From Cyanophora paradoxa CCMP329 (taxonomy: Eukaryota; Plantae; Glaucophyta): DNA of 64,000 nt. The notes under the pieces are model-generated. The model had not been told where the DNA came from. It was given only the letters and a program-made list of their open reading frames with translations, and searched no databases. Positions within the stretch are counted from its first letter, which is position 1. The number at the start of each line of letters is the position of its first letter. Position numbers and translations under genes: made by a program. The DNA lies in assembly GCA_004431415.1 (NCBI GenBank), contig QPMI01000038.1, positions 124,001-188,000 on the forward strand, given 5' to 3'. Below, one piece after another: positions 1 to 11,478 of the stretch.

Positions 1-119
1 GGGACGCGGTTTTCCTGGACCGCTTTGAGTTCCACGTCTCCCGCCTGCCGGGATACTACGTCAATGACCGCTGGCGCGCGTCCCAAAACACGGGGCCCGG
101 TCTTGATGTCGTTGAGCCC

Positions 120-3100
120 GTGCCTGCCCACGCACGCTGGCTGATGTCGTGCTGGTTCAGCGGACGCACTGGTCCGGGAACCGTGCCCTTTGTTCCGTAC
201 TCGGAACAACAGCTGCCCGAAGAAGTTCGCTTCTTCTACGGGCGCGTCCGCGCGCTGCACCCGGGTTGCGAGGGTCTCGTCTGCGAGCTCGCCCCCATGT
301 ACCCCCCGGACCTGAACATCTCCGAAGTTGTTCAGCGGGCCGCCGCAAAGATGGACGCGGACTCCTGGCTGAGCCAGGAGGTTCGGCTGTACGACAACGC
401 CGTCGAAGGGGCCTCTTGGACCCTGGGCGAAATCGACTTCCCCGTCGAGGGCGCGGAAGTCGTCATCCGCTCTCTGCCGTTCGTGCGGTGGATCGACGAC
501 TGGGCCGGCGCCGTTCGCGCGAACGAGCGCGACGCCGCGGGCGACACGCCCATGGTCGAGGCCACAGCCGCCGCCTCCGCCTCGAGCGCCGCTGCCGCCG
601 GTCCTCCGAGCCCCCGGCTCCGGACCCGCAAGCCCCTCCGGGCTCGCGCACTTGGTACGACGGCACGCTCGAGCGCCTGCGGTACTGCGAAAAGTACTGC
701 GTGCTGCTCCCGGACCCGCTCGGGGCGGGCTCCGCAACCAACACGTTGCCCGAGCAGCAGCCCTGGGGCGCAATCCCCGCCTCCGTACTCTCATGTACGG
801 CGAGAACGGGCCACGGGACTGCGGCCCCGTGTTTAACCCGGGCACACACCTGCAAACGCGCTTCCACCCGGACGCGCTCGACGCCGATGCTGCTCTGCAC
901 AGCCTCGCCTCGACGGTCCTTGGAAACGTCGAAGGGCATAACCGCGGCATCCCTGCCGCGATTTTGCTCTACGGGCCGCCGGTCCCGCCGACTCCGACCA
1001 CCCTCGAGGGTGCGGACGTCCAGGGCCTGCCCTACGTGCTCGCGATGATGGGGCTCGATGAGCACATCACTAAGTGGGTCTCCTCGGAGCCCGCTCTCCC
1101 GCTCCGTGAGGACGGGCCGATCACGAAGGCGTACGCCACGCTGAACACGGTCATGCACCACACGTGTCGCATGTCCTACGCGTACCTGCACCGGCCGCAC
1201 CAGTTCAACCCCCACGCGGGGCCGAACCGTGCACCACCGCGCAGTCGCGTGGTCGCGTTCAAGGACCCGCGCTTCGGCCGCAAGTTCGGCATCCGCGTAG
1301 TCGCGCAAGCCGACTCGCGCGTGCGCATGCTCGTCCCCGGCGAGCCGGTCCTAAGCTCCGAGCGTGCCTTCGCGGCTGAGCTCGATGCGAACGCCCTCGA
1401 CGTCCTCGGCGACGCCGCCGGGAAGAACGCCATCCGCGTCACGCTGGGCCCCGCCCACGTCGCGATGCAGTACCCCTCCGAGGCGGAGGCGCGTCGCCAG
1501 CTCGACCGCTTGCCGCCCCGCGTCTTTACGCTGGGGTACGAGTCCAGCCGGCCGCCGGTGAACCCGATGCACAAGGGACGCGGATGCACCCGCTCGTCTG
1601 CCCCATCGTCACCGAGAACGGCGCCACGTGGGCACCGCTGCCGACTCGTGAGTTCGTCGCATCCCTGCTTGCGGGTATGTGAACCACTTGGCCGGCTGGA
1701 TCCTCGGCCACGAGCTGCCTGAGCCCCGGCGCCCGGCGCCGGTGGCAGGGTACAACGTGCAGATGCACGTCGTGGGGCCGACCGCGGCCTATGAGTTCTT
1801 GCGGGATATCTGCTATCGCGGTGACCGCAATACTCTGAGCGCTGACAAGCGCGGTAGCCACATGCGCACGGTCGATGGTGACGAGCTTTACGCTGTCTAC
1901 CACACCGTCAAAGACAAAGTCCCTACGGACATTGTCGACGAGTACGCGGCCCTCGTTCTGGCCTCCCAGCTTCCGCTGGCGACCCTGTTCTGGTTCTCCA
2001 TGCCAGACCTTCCCGCCCGACCGCTGTCGCCACATCGTGGCTCGACAATGCGCCGGCGTCGAAGAAGCAGCTCGCAGACGCGATGCTGCAGATCTGGGTT
2101 TGCCCGCGACGACTCAGCTTCGCGCACTGCTCGCAAAGCATGAGGACACTGTCGGCTGCTTGGATGTTCGCCTCCTTGAGCGCATCCTGCCCGCCCGTAC
2201 CACCGCGCACGGCATGCGCGAGTTCTGTCACGTCGACCGTGACACGTGGGCCGCCCGGCATCTCTCGCATGCTGGCGAGGATCACATGCTCCACGGCCAG
2301 GAAGCCACCTCGCGGGCTCTCCTGAGCTGGGTTCAGAAGATCAATGATGTCCTCTGGCCCATCATGACGAGCGCACGCCCGCCGTGCCTCTTGGTCTCCG
2401 ACCTTTGGCCGGCGCCGGCTTTCGACACGGTCGCTAAGCCGGATGCGCCCTTCCCCGCACCTGCGGATGCGCCCGACCTGGGCACCACGGTAATGGCGGT
2501 CACGCCGTTCCATTACCGGATGTCGGCTGCCCTCCTCATGCACTGGAGCGGGCGCCGCCCGAGGTCATCCCGAAGACCCTGCGGGCCCAGGTCCGGGGTG
2601 ACTCGACGCCCAAGAAGGCAAAGGACGAAGCGTCCTCTGCCTCGGGCACAACGGGCTCCGGGTCGCGCGAGCCGAGCCCCGCTCCCCGCGCCTCCCGCTC
2701 GCCGGTGCCTGAACGGCGCCGTGCGTCCCGCACGCCGCAAGGCGCGAAGCGGCAGCACCCGGAAGCCGAGCGCCGCGAGGCTCGCTCGGCCCCGCCGCGC
2801 GAGTCCTCCTCCCGGTCCCCCGCCGACCGTGCGCGCGGTGGCCGTGCCCGTGAAGGCACTCACCGGGACCGGCGCGTGATGCACGGCAACCGCGTCACGG
2901 TGACCGCTTCGACCGCGCCTGCGGCGAGCGACGCCGACGACTTCGCCGGCCTCGATGACGCAGCGTTCGCTGCCGTCGCACGTGAGCACGGCCTCGAGCT
3001 CGAGGACGCGCCCGCACCGGCGCCCACGCCGGAGGAGACGCGCGCCCGCCTCCTAGCCGAAGCCGAGCGCCGCAACAAGCGGGCTCGCGTTGCACCCAGC

Positions 3101-4080
3101 GGTGTCCCGCCGGCTGACGTCGCGGCGTACCCGCCATTCCCCATGGGCCCGCCGCCGCCGCGGCCCACCTGGGGCGGGCCGCCACCGGCCCTGATGCCTC
3201 AGATGCCCGGAGGCGGCGGCTACTATTGGCCGCCGGGCATGATGTACGGGCCGCCGATGCCGGGCGTGACCGCCCCTGCTGGCCCCGGCGCGCCGGCGCC
3301 CGGCGACAGCGCCGGTGCAGCCCACTACCAAGCCGCCAAAAACTGGCGCGCTCGCTTGCGCCTCCTGCTCGAGGCTGGCAACGAAGCAAGCCCGCCGCTT
3401 CTGTCCGAAGTCCTGGACGAGATTGCGACCGCCGCCGGTCACAATCTTCCGGGCACGACGCTGCCCAGCGGCGCCTCGTGGGCGGCCCTCAACGTCGCCG
3501 CGACGATTTGGGCTGCGGCCGTTCCCAGCTTGGAACAGTTCGATCGGATCGAATCCGAGCTGCTCCGGCTGATTGGGCAGGCCCAGGCGCGCCAGGCCGA
3601 GGGCCGCTGCCGTCCTGGCGCCCGCGCCGTCCTCCGTGTCTACGGGGACGATGACGGCGAGGACGACTTCGCGACGCGCGCTGCACTGCAGCCGCGGTCC
3701 ATCGCCGAAAGCGTCCTGGCGGCTGCGCCCAGGGAGCCGCAGCCCCTCACGGACGGGCCGGACCGGAAAACCTCTGCAGCCCCGCAGAGTCGGTCCGCGG
3801 CGTTGCACGCCAGCAACAGCCGGCAGCGCTCGTCGCTGCACTTCCCCACGCCCGCCGCCGACCCTGGTGACCTCACCGGGTACGGCCCGGACCGCCCGTC
3901 GGACCTCGCGGTCCCGGAGTCCCCCGAAGGCGCGCCGCCCGGCGGCCTCAACGCCCCTATCCCGATTGCGCATGTGATCGATGGGATCTCGGGCCGCCCG
4001 CACGATTTCCGGCGCCTGCAGCTGCAGTGCCCAGGATTCGTCTACGCCCTGAATGCTGACGGCACTCTCGGCGCTAGCAC
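120..4080 (+). CDS. Long frameshifted coding region upstream of the protease (Gag and/or extra ORF, function not recognised)
   Basis: Overlapping + strand ORFs (120, 652, 1679, 1875, 2705) read as one protein-like text across frameshifts; the 2705 ORF runs in frame into the protease motif. No CCHC knuckle seen. Confidence 0.45.
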
Positions 4081-7000
4081 GCGTGTCCAAATCCTCTTTG
4101 ACACCGGCGCTATGGGCGAAGTTGGCGAGAAGCGCCACATGCCCCGGGCACCCGGTACACGGGTGTGAAGGTCCTGAGGGCCTTCCTGCACCACGCCACG
4201 ATCACGGCCGAAATCGCGCACGTCGTGCTGCGCTTCGGTGACGTGTACGTCTCGCGGGCCGTGTACGTCGTCCCCGACGGCTCCCTGGGCCCCAATGCCG
4301 ACCTGCTCGTGGGCATCGGCACGATCATGATGGTCGAGGGGCGGATAGACACGACCAGCTCTGGCTGGTGCCTGCACGCGCGCGACGCGCAATTCCGCCC
4401 CCACGTGATCCCTTTTTGCTGCCCGGACAAACGAAGGGGCCTCTCCTTGTCCGGGTCCTTCGCCCTGTCGTCCTGAAGGACGCGCGCGAGTGGATGGTCC
4501 GCTGCGTGATTGACGGCCCTGCGCCGCCTGCGGACCAGGCTCCGACGCTCGCCGTCGGGCCGGCGCCCGACTCCTTGTCGGCGCTCGGGTACTCGCGCCC
4601 ACCAGCTGCACCGGCGCCCAGCCGCGGGCGGCAGCCTGCATGTGCGGCTATTAAATCCCGCCAATGAGCCCGTCCTGCTGCCAGCAGGGGCCGTTGTTGC
4701 GGTGGCGGAGGCTAACAACCTGCCGCCCGGCGACTTCGGGTATGACCCGCCACCAGACGATGCGCCCGTGCGCGCAGTCGCCGATACTTTCATCCGCACG
4801 CTGCGAGCCTTTTACCCTAAACGGGGCCAAGGCTTCCGCTCGATGCGTCGCCGGGCCAATCGAACGGCCGCGGCTTATATGGCAGCTGAGGGCGCGCCGA
4901 CGCCCAGCACCCTGCCCCGGGGCCTATCTTTGCGGCACCCGCCGCCGGCAGTCCGATGCGACTGCAGCCACCGGGCAGGAGCCTGCGCCGAGCGCACCTC
5001 CGCTGTTTGTCCGCATGATGCGCGACGACGACGACGAGGGCCATGAGGTCCCCATCGTCACGATGGAGGGCCTCGCGCTCCACGATGAGCCGGTGTCGTC
5101 CGACACCGACTCGGAGCTCGAGCGCGACGTCGGGTACCCGGGTTGGACCTCCCAGAGGAGCGTGAACGAACCCGGCCGGCCCGCCGCGCCGAGCGCGCCG
5201 CACGCCGCCGCGCCCGCGCGGCGCGCGTTGCGCGTCAAGGGGCTAACGTAGTCCCAACCAATCCCTCCGGGGATCAAATAAATCTCGCTGCCGACGCAGC
5301 CGAGCAGCCGGCGCCTGCGCCGAGCACAGCTGCTGCCCGCCCGCGACGGCACCAGCGCCGCTGGACGGCCCTGGCTGCTCCGTCCGTACCACGGACGCGC
5401 CGGGCGCGCCTTCTGCAGCCGAGTCCTCTGCCGCGCGCGGCAGGGACAAGGGCAAGGCGCCGCTGCGAGCCGCCCCTCCGGGCCCAGCGCCTGGACCCTC
5501 CCATGGCGGCCCCCGCGGGCGCCTCCGGAAACGACGGGGACGTCGTCTTCCGAAGAGGAGGAGTGGAACCGAGCACGTGCTAAAATCCCGGAATGCGGCT
5601 CGCATCCGGCGATGAGCACTGCTGAACGCGCCGAGCTCGAGGCTCTGCTCAAGCGCTATTCGTGCGCGTTCGCCGACTCGGTCACGGCCACCGAGGGCAC
5701 GGCCAACCTCCTCCACTACGAGCACGTGATCCGATTGACCTCACGGCTGCCCGTCTTCACGCCCCGCGGCGTGTAAGCCCGCACGCCGAGGCCTCCGCCC
5801 GTGCTGAAATAAAGCGGCTCCTTGAGCTGGGCTTGATCCAGCCCTCGCAAGCCGCCTACGGCTCGCCGGTCGTGCTCGCTCCTAAGAAGGACGGCACCTG
5901 GCGGTTCTGCGTCGATTACCGACGCTTAAATGCAATCACCGAGCGCGACGTCTTTCCGCTGCCGCGGATCGACGATCAGCTGGACCGCCTGCGGGGGTCC
6001 ATGATCTTCTCGACCGTCGACGCGACGGCGGGCTTCTGGCAGCTGCCGCTGGACCCTGCGTCCCGGCAGTACACGGCCTTCGTGGTGCCCTGGGGCCACT
6101 ACGAGTGGCGCGTGACCCCGTTTGGCGTGACCAACGGGCCGGCCGCCTTCTCGCGCGCCGTGACCGCCATCCTCGGCCCCCTGCTCACGACTTGCGTCAC
6201 CGCTTATATCGACGATATAACGGTATTCTCGCCGAGCGTGCCCCAGCACCTGCTGGACCTCGAGGCCTTGTTCCGCGCAATCATGCCGGCGAACTTGCGC
6301 CTGAAGCCCTCCAAGTGCCGCTTCGGGGTGGCTGAGGTTGCCCTGCTCGGGCACCTCGTCTCGGCCGAGGGGATCCGCCAGGACCCCGCGAAGCTGGCGT
6401 TCATTCGCCAGTACCCGCCGCCAGCGAACGCTGACCAATTGAGGTCGTTCCTGGGCTTGGCCGGGTACTACCGGCGGTTCGTGAACGGGTTTGCCCGTGT
6501 CACCCACCCTTTGCAGCGCCTGCTGCTTCGGGACGCCGTGTGGCAATGGACCGAGGTCCACCAAGCCGCCTTCGAGGCGCTGAAGGCTGCCCTGCTCGAG
6601 GATCTGGTACTCGGTACCCGGATTTCGAGCGGCCCTTCATCCTGTCGACCGACGCGTCGACGTACGCCATCGGCGCGATCCTGTCGCAGTCCGACGGCGG
6701 CTCGCCCGCCCGTGAGCGGCCCATCGCGTTCATCAGCCGAACGCTGGCGCCCGCTGAGCGGAATTACACCGCCACCGAGCTCGAGTGCTTGGCGGTTGTA
6801 TGGGCAATAAAATACTGGCGGCACTTCCTCTTGGGAGGGCCCCAGTTCCTGGTCCGGACGGACCACCAAGCGCTCCAGTGGCTGCGCTCGCGCGAGGCGA
6901 CCTCTGGGAGGCTGGGACGCTGGTCCCTCCTCCTGCAGTCCTACGACTTCGTCGTAGAGTACCGCGCGGGGCGCAATAACGGAGGGCCCGACGCCTGCTC

Positions 7001-9804
7001 GCGGCCCCCGTTGAACCACCCGGTTCTCGCCCCTGGCGGCGCCGACGGCAGCTCAGCCGCGCCTGACGCGCTGGCTGGCGCTGCGGGGCATGGCGTGCCC
7101 CAGCCCGGCGACCTCGATGAGCCGCTGCCGCTGTTTGCAGTCGCTCTGGGCGCCGAGGGCGCTGCGGACGCCCGGGTTGCCGTGGAAGCCCCGCCGGGCC
7201 CCCGCCTGACCGAGCTGGCTGATGAGCCGGACGAGGCCGCGCTGCCGGGCCCCGCCCATGCGCCTGGGCCCGCCGAGGCCGAAACGCCGGCGGCCCCGCC
7301 GAGTCGGGCGGAGATCCTCGTCGCGAGGCGACAGGCCCGTCTCCGGCGCCAGCTCGCCTTCGAGGGCGCTCCCGCCGCGAGGCGAGACGTCCAGCCCGCC
7401 CAGGGGCCGCGTCCACGCGGACGCGCGCGCCGCCTGAGGCCTTCCGAGAGGGCTCCGACGATGAGCCCGTCTCCCTCTCCGAGCGCGCGCCAGAGCCGCG
7501 CCGGCGGACGCCGAAGACGAGCCCCAGGGGGCCCGGCGCCGCCCGAACCCCGAGCCCCTGCCGCTGGGCAGGAGGCGCCCCTGCCCGCAGCCCTGCAGCT
7601 GCCGCAGGCCGGCCCGCCGACCCGGCGCGGCCGCAAGCCGACCACCTGGGCCGCGATGCGGCAGGAGGTTGACGAGTGGCACCGCCTCGCTGTCGAGCAG
7701 GGCCTGCCGCCGGCCCCGCGCTCTCCGAGCCACCGCCGGCTCCCGAGGCCGACCCCATGGAGCTGGGCTCCGATGGCGAGGTCGCCCCGCCCGTGCCGGG
7801 GCCTGAGGCCCCGCGCGAGGCGTCCGAGCTTGAGCTCGACGAGGACGGGTTCCCCGTTACCCTCCTCGATCGCGTACGCCGCCGGCTCCCGTCGGGACCG
7901 CGGCGCTACGAGGGGCCTGTCGCGCCCCTGCCGCGCGACCAGCGTCCGCCTGAGGCCCCGCGCCGGGGCAAGACGCCCCGCAAGGCCGACAACCCGCGCC
8001 ACTGGCGCTGCGGCCCGTCGCTGTACCCCGTCAGGACGATCCCGACGAGGGGCCCGAGGGCGGCGCCCCGGCGGCGTCGTCCTCCGCGGCTGCGTCGACC
8101 ACTGCGGCGACAGCGGGCTCATCTGAGCCGCCGGCTGCCCCTGAGGCGCCCTCGAGCGGCGACGCCGGCTCGAGCGGCGGCCCAGCCGCGGGCCTGGAAC
8201 GGGAGCTCCTCTCGTCCAGCGCCATCGCCCCTGGCCCTGAGCTGGGCGAGGTCCGAGACCGCCGCAAGCCGCGCTTGCTGGAGCTGGTCCAGGACACCTG
8301 GGATTGCGCGCCGCCGCCTTCCCTTGACGGGCCCCTGCCCGAGGCCCTGCGCCACATGTTCCCCGCGCGGCGAGTCCGGCTGCTCGCTGCGCAGAAGGCG
8401 GACTCGCTGTGCCGCAAGCTGTTCTCCTGGCACGAGAACGGCGTGAACGAGGCGCGCTGCACGCGCGCCTCCTGCCAGACGGGCGACTGCTACCTCTGCA
8501 GTCAGGCCAAGGCGGCCTTCGTCAAATTCGCCCAGAAATTTGACGTGGACACAGACGGCGTGCTCGTCCGCCGCCCGGCCGCGCCCCACGGGCGCTTCGT
8601 GCCCGTCCTGCCTGAGTCCTGGCAGGACCGCGTCCTGTACGCGTACCACGATGGGTGGGGCCACCGCGGCGCCTCGATCGTCGCCCGCCGGATCCTGCTG
8701 AGGTTCTGGTGGCCGGGCATGCTTGCGGCAGTCGCTCGCTACGTGCGGAGCTGCCATTGCTGCCAGTTCGCCAAGGCTGTGAAGCCGCGGCGAACCGCGA
8801 TCGCAGTCATCGAGGCCGAGGGCCGGAATGACTTGTGGCAGGTGGACGTGTTCCACCTTGACCCGACGCCGCGCGGCAACCGGTATTTGGTTGCCTGGGT
8901 GAACGCGTGGGACAAGTACACGCGGCTGTACCCGAAAGCCGACCTGGACGGCTGGTCCATGCTCGAAATGGGCCGAGACTTCGTCTCGAATGAGGGCGTG
9001 CCGCTGCGCCTCCTCATGGACAACGGGTCCAGCCTGAAGGGCGGCCCGTTCAACGAGTACTTCCGGAAGCTCGGGACTCGTTTCATTTACGCCGCTGCGT
9101 ACCACCATTCGACGAATGGGCTGGTAGAGCGGCTGGGGGGCGTCGTGAAGACGCTGCTCCACGCGGCGTGCCGCGCCGAGCGCGAGCCGATGCACGAGTG
9201 GGACCAGCACGTGCACGAGGTGCAGCTGGCGCTCCGCACGACCGTGCACGCGGCCACGGGCTACTCGCCCGCGCTCCTGCACCTGGGGCACGAGCTCACG
9301 CTGCCCGCGGACGTGCGCTTCGGGGTCGAGATGCTCGACACCCTTAGCTACGCCGACTACGTGTCAATCGTAGTGCGTTCCGCGAAGAGCCGCGAGGCTG
9401 CAGTGCGCGAGTACCGCCGCTGGTACCGCCGCCAAATGGTGCACCGGACGGGTGACCTGCCGGACCGCCGCCGCTTCGGCGTGGGCGACAAAGTCCTGTG
9501 CTGGCTGGGCGACCGTGACAAGGGGTTGTTCAACTCCTGGGTCGGCCCTTTCACCGTCATGAGCGTGCACCCGGGCGGGTACACGTACGTCGTACGTGGC
9601 CTTGCGCGGCCCTACGGCGCGGTGGGCGCCGGCCGCCAGAAGGCGCGCGACACCCGTGAGACGATCGTGCATATCGACTGCATGATCCCGTTCCGCGTGC
9701 GAGACGCGAACGCGCCTGCACGGCCGGCCCGAGGGCGGCCCAAGGCGGCGGGTGGGCCGGCTGCCGCGGCCGCAGCGCCGGCGGCTCCGGCGGGAGCGGC
9801 TTAA
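4080..9804 (+). pseudogene. pol: Gypsy Pol polyprotein (aspartic protease, RT, RNase H, integrase) with frameshifts
   Basis: ILFDTGA protease motif (~4090); RT motifs SPVVLAPKKDGTWRFCVDYRRLN, PFGVTNGP, YIDD; RNase H TDAS...ELECLAVVWA...TDHQAL; integrase H-x4-H/CxxC zinc finger, QVD, MDNG, GLVER, and GPF motif. Frameshifts near 4165, 5760, 6615 and in 7400-8270. Confidence 0.93.
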
Positions 9805-11111
9805 GGGAAAGCCGGCTCCGAGCCGCGTCCCGACCCCACGCGAGGGCAAGGACATGAGAGCGGCTGCGCTAGCCCCTTGGCAGCGCTGAGCAAGAGATCG
9901 CCCGAGGCGGGCTGGATCGACGGGCCTCAGAGCCCCGCGCACAACGCGAAAGCCCCGAGCCGAGAGAAGAGGCTGCGGGCGGCCGTCAGCCTTGAGCACA
10001 GCTCGGCGCGGTGACAGGGTGCGAGTCCCTTGTAAAGACCCGGGCAAATTGGATGAGCCGCGGGCGGCCGGTGGCCTTGAGCACAGCTCGGCACGGTGAC
10101 AGGGCTGGGGCCCTCCGAAGACCTAGCCGAGCCCTAGGACGCGCCTCGCGTCTGCAGAAGGGTCGGTAGGCGGCTGTGACGCCGAGTTCTGCCTCGGGTA
10201 CAGCGACAGGGGATGTCCATTCCCCTCCGTGTAAGACCTGGCGGTGTACCAGGGCGCGCCTTGCGCCGGTGGGGTACACGCAGGCGGTCGTTACGCCGGA
10301 TCCCACTCCGGGTACGACGACTGGGGACGCAAAAATTCCCCCATTCAGGGCTCTGCACCGGGGACGCTCGGTGGCAGTTCGCCTGGGAGGGTCACGTCCC
10401 TCTCGCAATGGACGTGCATGCACGGGTCGGGCAGGGCACCTGCCGTCACGAGTGACGGTGGTTTGAGCCCTGTGGGCGGCGCCTAGCCTCGCCCTGGAGA
10501 TCCCTAGCTCCACCGCCGTCGGGGTCCCCCGATTCGATGCCGTGCAATTGCTGTGGGAGCGCGGCTTGTGCCTAGGCAGCGTCGCACGACCGGCTGCATA
10601 TCCCTAAGCGCTGGGACGGGCATATTGCTGTGGGCTATCGAGCGCCATCGCGACGCTACGCCCCGCGTTGCTGTTGCAGCGTGCGCTCTTGCGGCTAACG
10701 TGCTGCGCGATGAGGGCAGGGCCCCCTCGGCTTCTGTCTCCGTACCGCTCGCCTCGTGCGGGTTTACCTGGGCCGCCGGCCCGAAGTTGGACCTTGCCCC
10801 TGGGCACTACACGCTGGAGTCGTACCGGCACCCGCCGGGCGACAGCCTTTTTCGATTCCCGGCAGTCGCCGGACGTAGACGGGCTCGGCGTCTTTTCGAT
10901 TCCCGGCAGTAGCCGGTGACGCCGACCGTGAGTGGCTCGGAGCCTTTTTCGATTCCCGGCAGTAGCCGGTAGCTCCGAGCGTTTGTGTATAGCGGCCGGG
11001 GTCGCGTTGTATAGAGAGCTCAGGCTCGATCAAATTCCTGGCTTCCCCGGCCCTCTCTCTGTTCGCCTTCGGGCGTAGACCCGCGCGGACGCGGGATCCG
11101 AGAGGAGGAGT

Positions 11112-11394
11112 TGTCGCATCCGACTTTACAGTGGATGCTCGATTGTGAGCCGCTAGGGCTCTAGATGATGTATGCAGCCTTCGTGCTGCTAGGCCGACGG
11201 CGCCTAGGCTAGTTAGAGCGCCGCGGTCATTTGTATGCGTGTGTCGGGGTACGCCGTAGTTGGACGGGTACACCCTCAGTCTACCATCACGGTGGCTAAC
11301 AGCAGCAGCACTCGCCAAACCCCGCCCTGCCGAGCTTGCACTCCGCACGGGCTTCTCGCGCGCACGATTAGACACACTAATCTCGCACGCGACA
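11112..11394 (+). repeat. 3' LTR of the Gypsy element (283 bp)
   Basis: Begins TGTCGC one base after the PPT and ends GCGACA (6-bp terminal inverted repeat, TG...CA). Confidence 0.85.
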
Positions 11395-11475
11395 AGTAGA
11401 AGGGTTGCCCTAAACTGCTTTGATGCAAAGAGATACATCTTACCAGATGGTATTAATTCTGTTCCTTTTAATTAA
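11395..11475 (+). pseudogene. C-terminal remnant of a Polinton-type protein-primed family B DNA polymerase, cut off by the Gypsy insertion
   Basis: SRRVALNCFDAKRYILPDGINSVPFN* resembles the K-x-A-L-x-x-x-D-x-K-R-Y-I-L-x-D-G-I-x-T-x-P-Y C-terminal signature of Polinton pPolB; the stop is 3 bp before the integrase ATG. Confidence 0.7.
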
Positions 11476-11478
11476 GAG

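Larger units (their letters stand above)
1..11394 (+). mobile_element. Ty3/Gypsy LTR retrotransposon; 5' end lies outside the window
   Basis: Domain order PR-RT-RNaseH-IN; polypurine tract GAGAGGAGGAG at 11100-11110 directly followed by a TGTCGC...GCGACA LTR; abrupt switch to AT-rich coding DNA at 11395. Confidence 0.9.

Noticed and set aside
2877-2881. TGATG stop-start coupling in the retrotransposon
   Set aside because: The downstream frame is already open from 2705 and nearby frameshifts make the upstream stop unreliable.
120-10950. Numerous antisense and alternate-frame Arg/Pro-rich ORFs (also throughout 46-64 kb)
   Set aside because: Shadow ORFs expected in high-GC DNA; no motifs.
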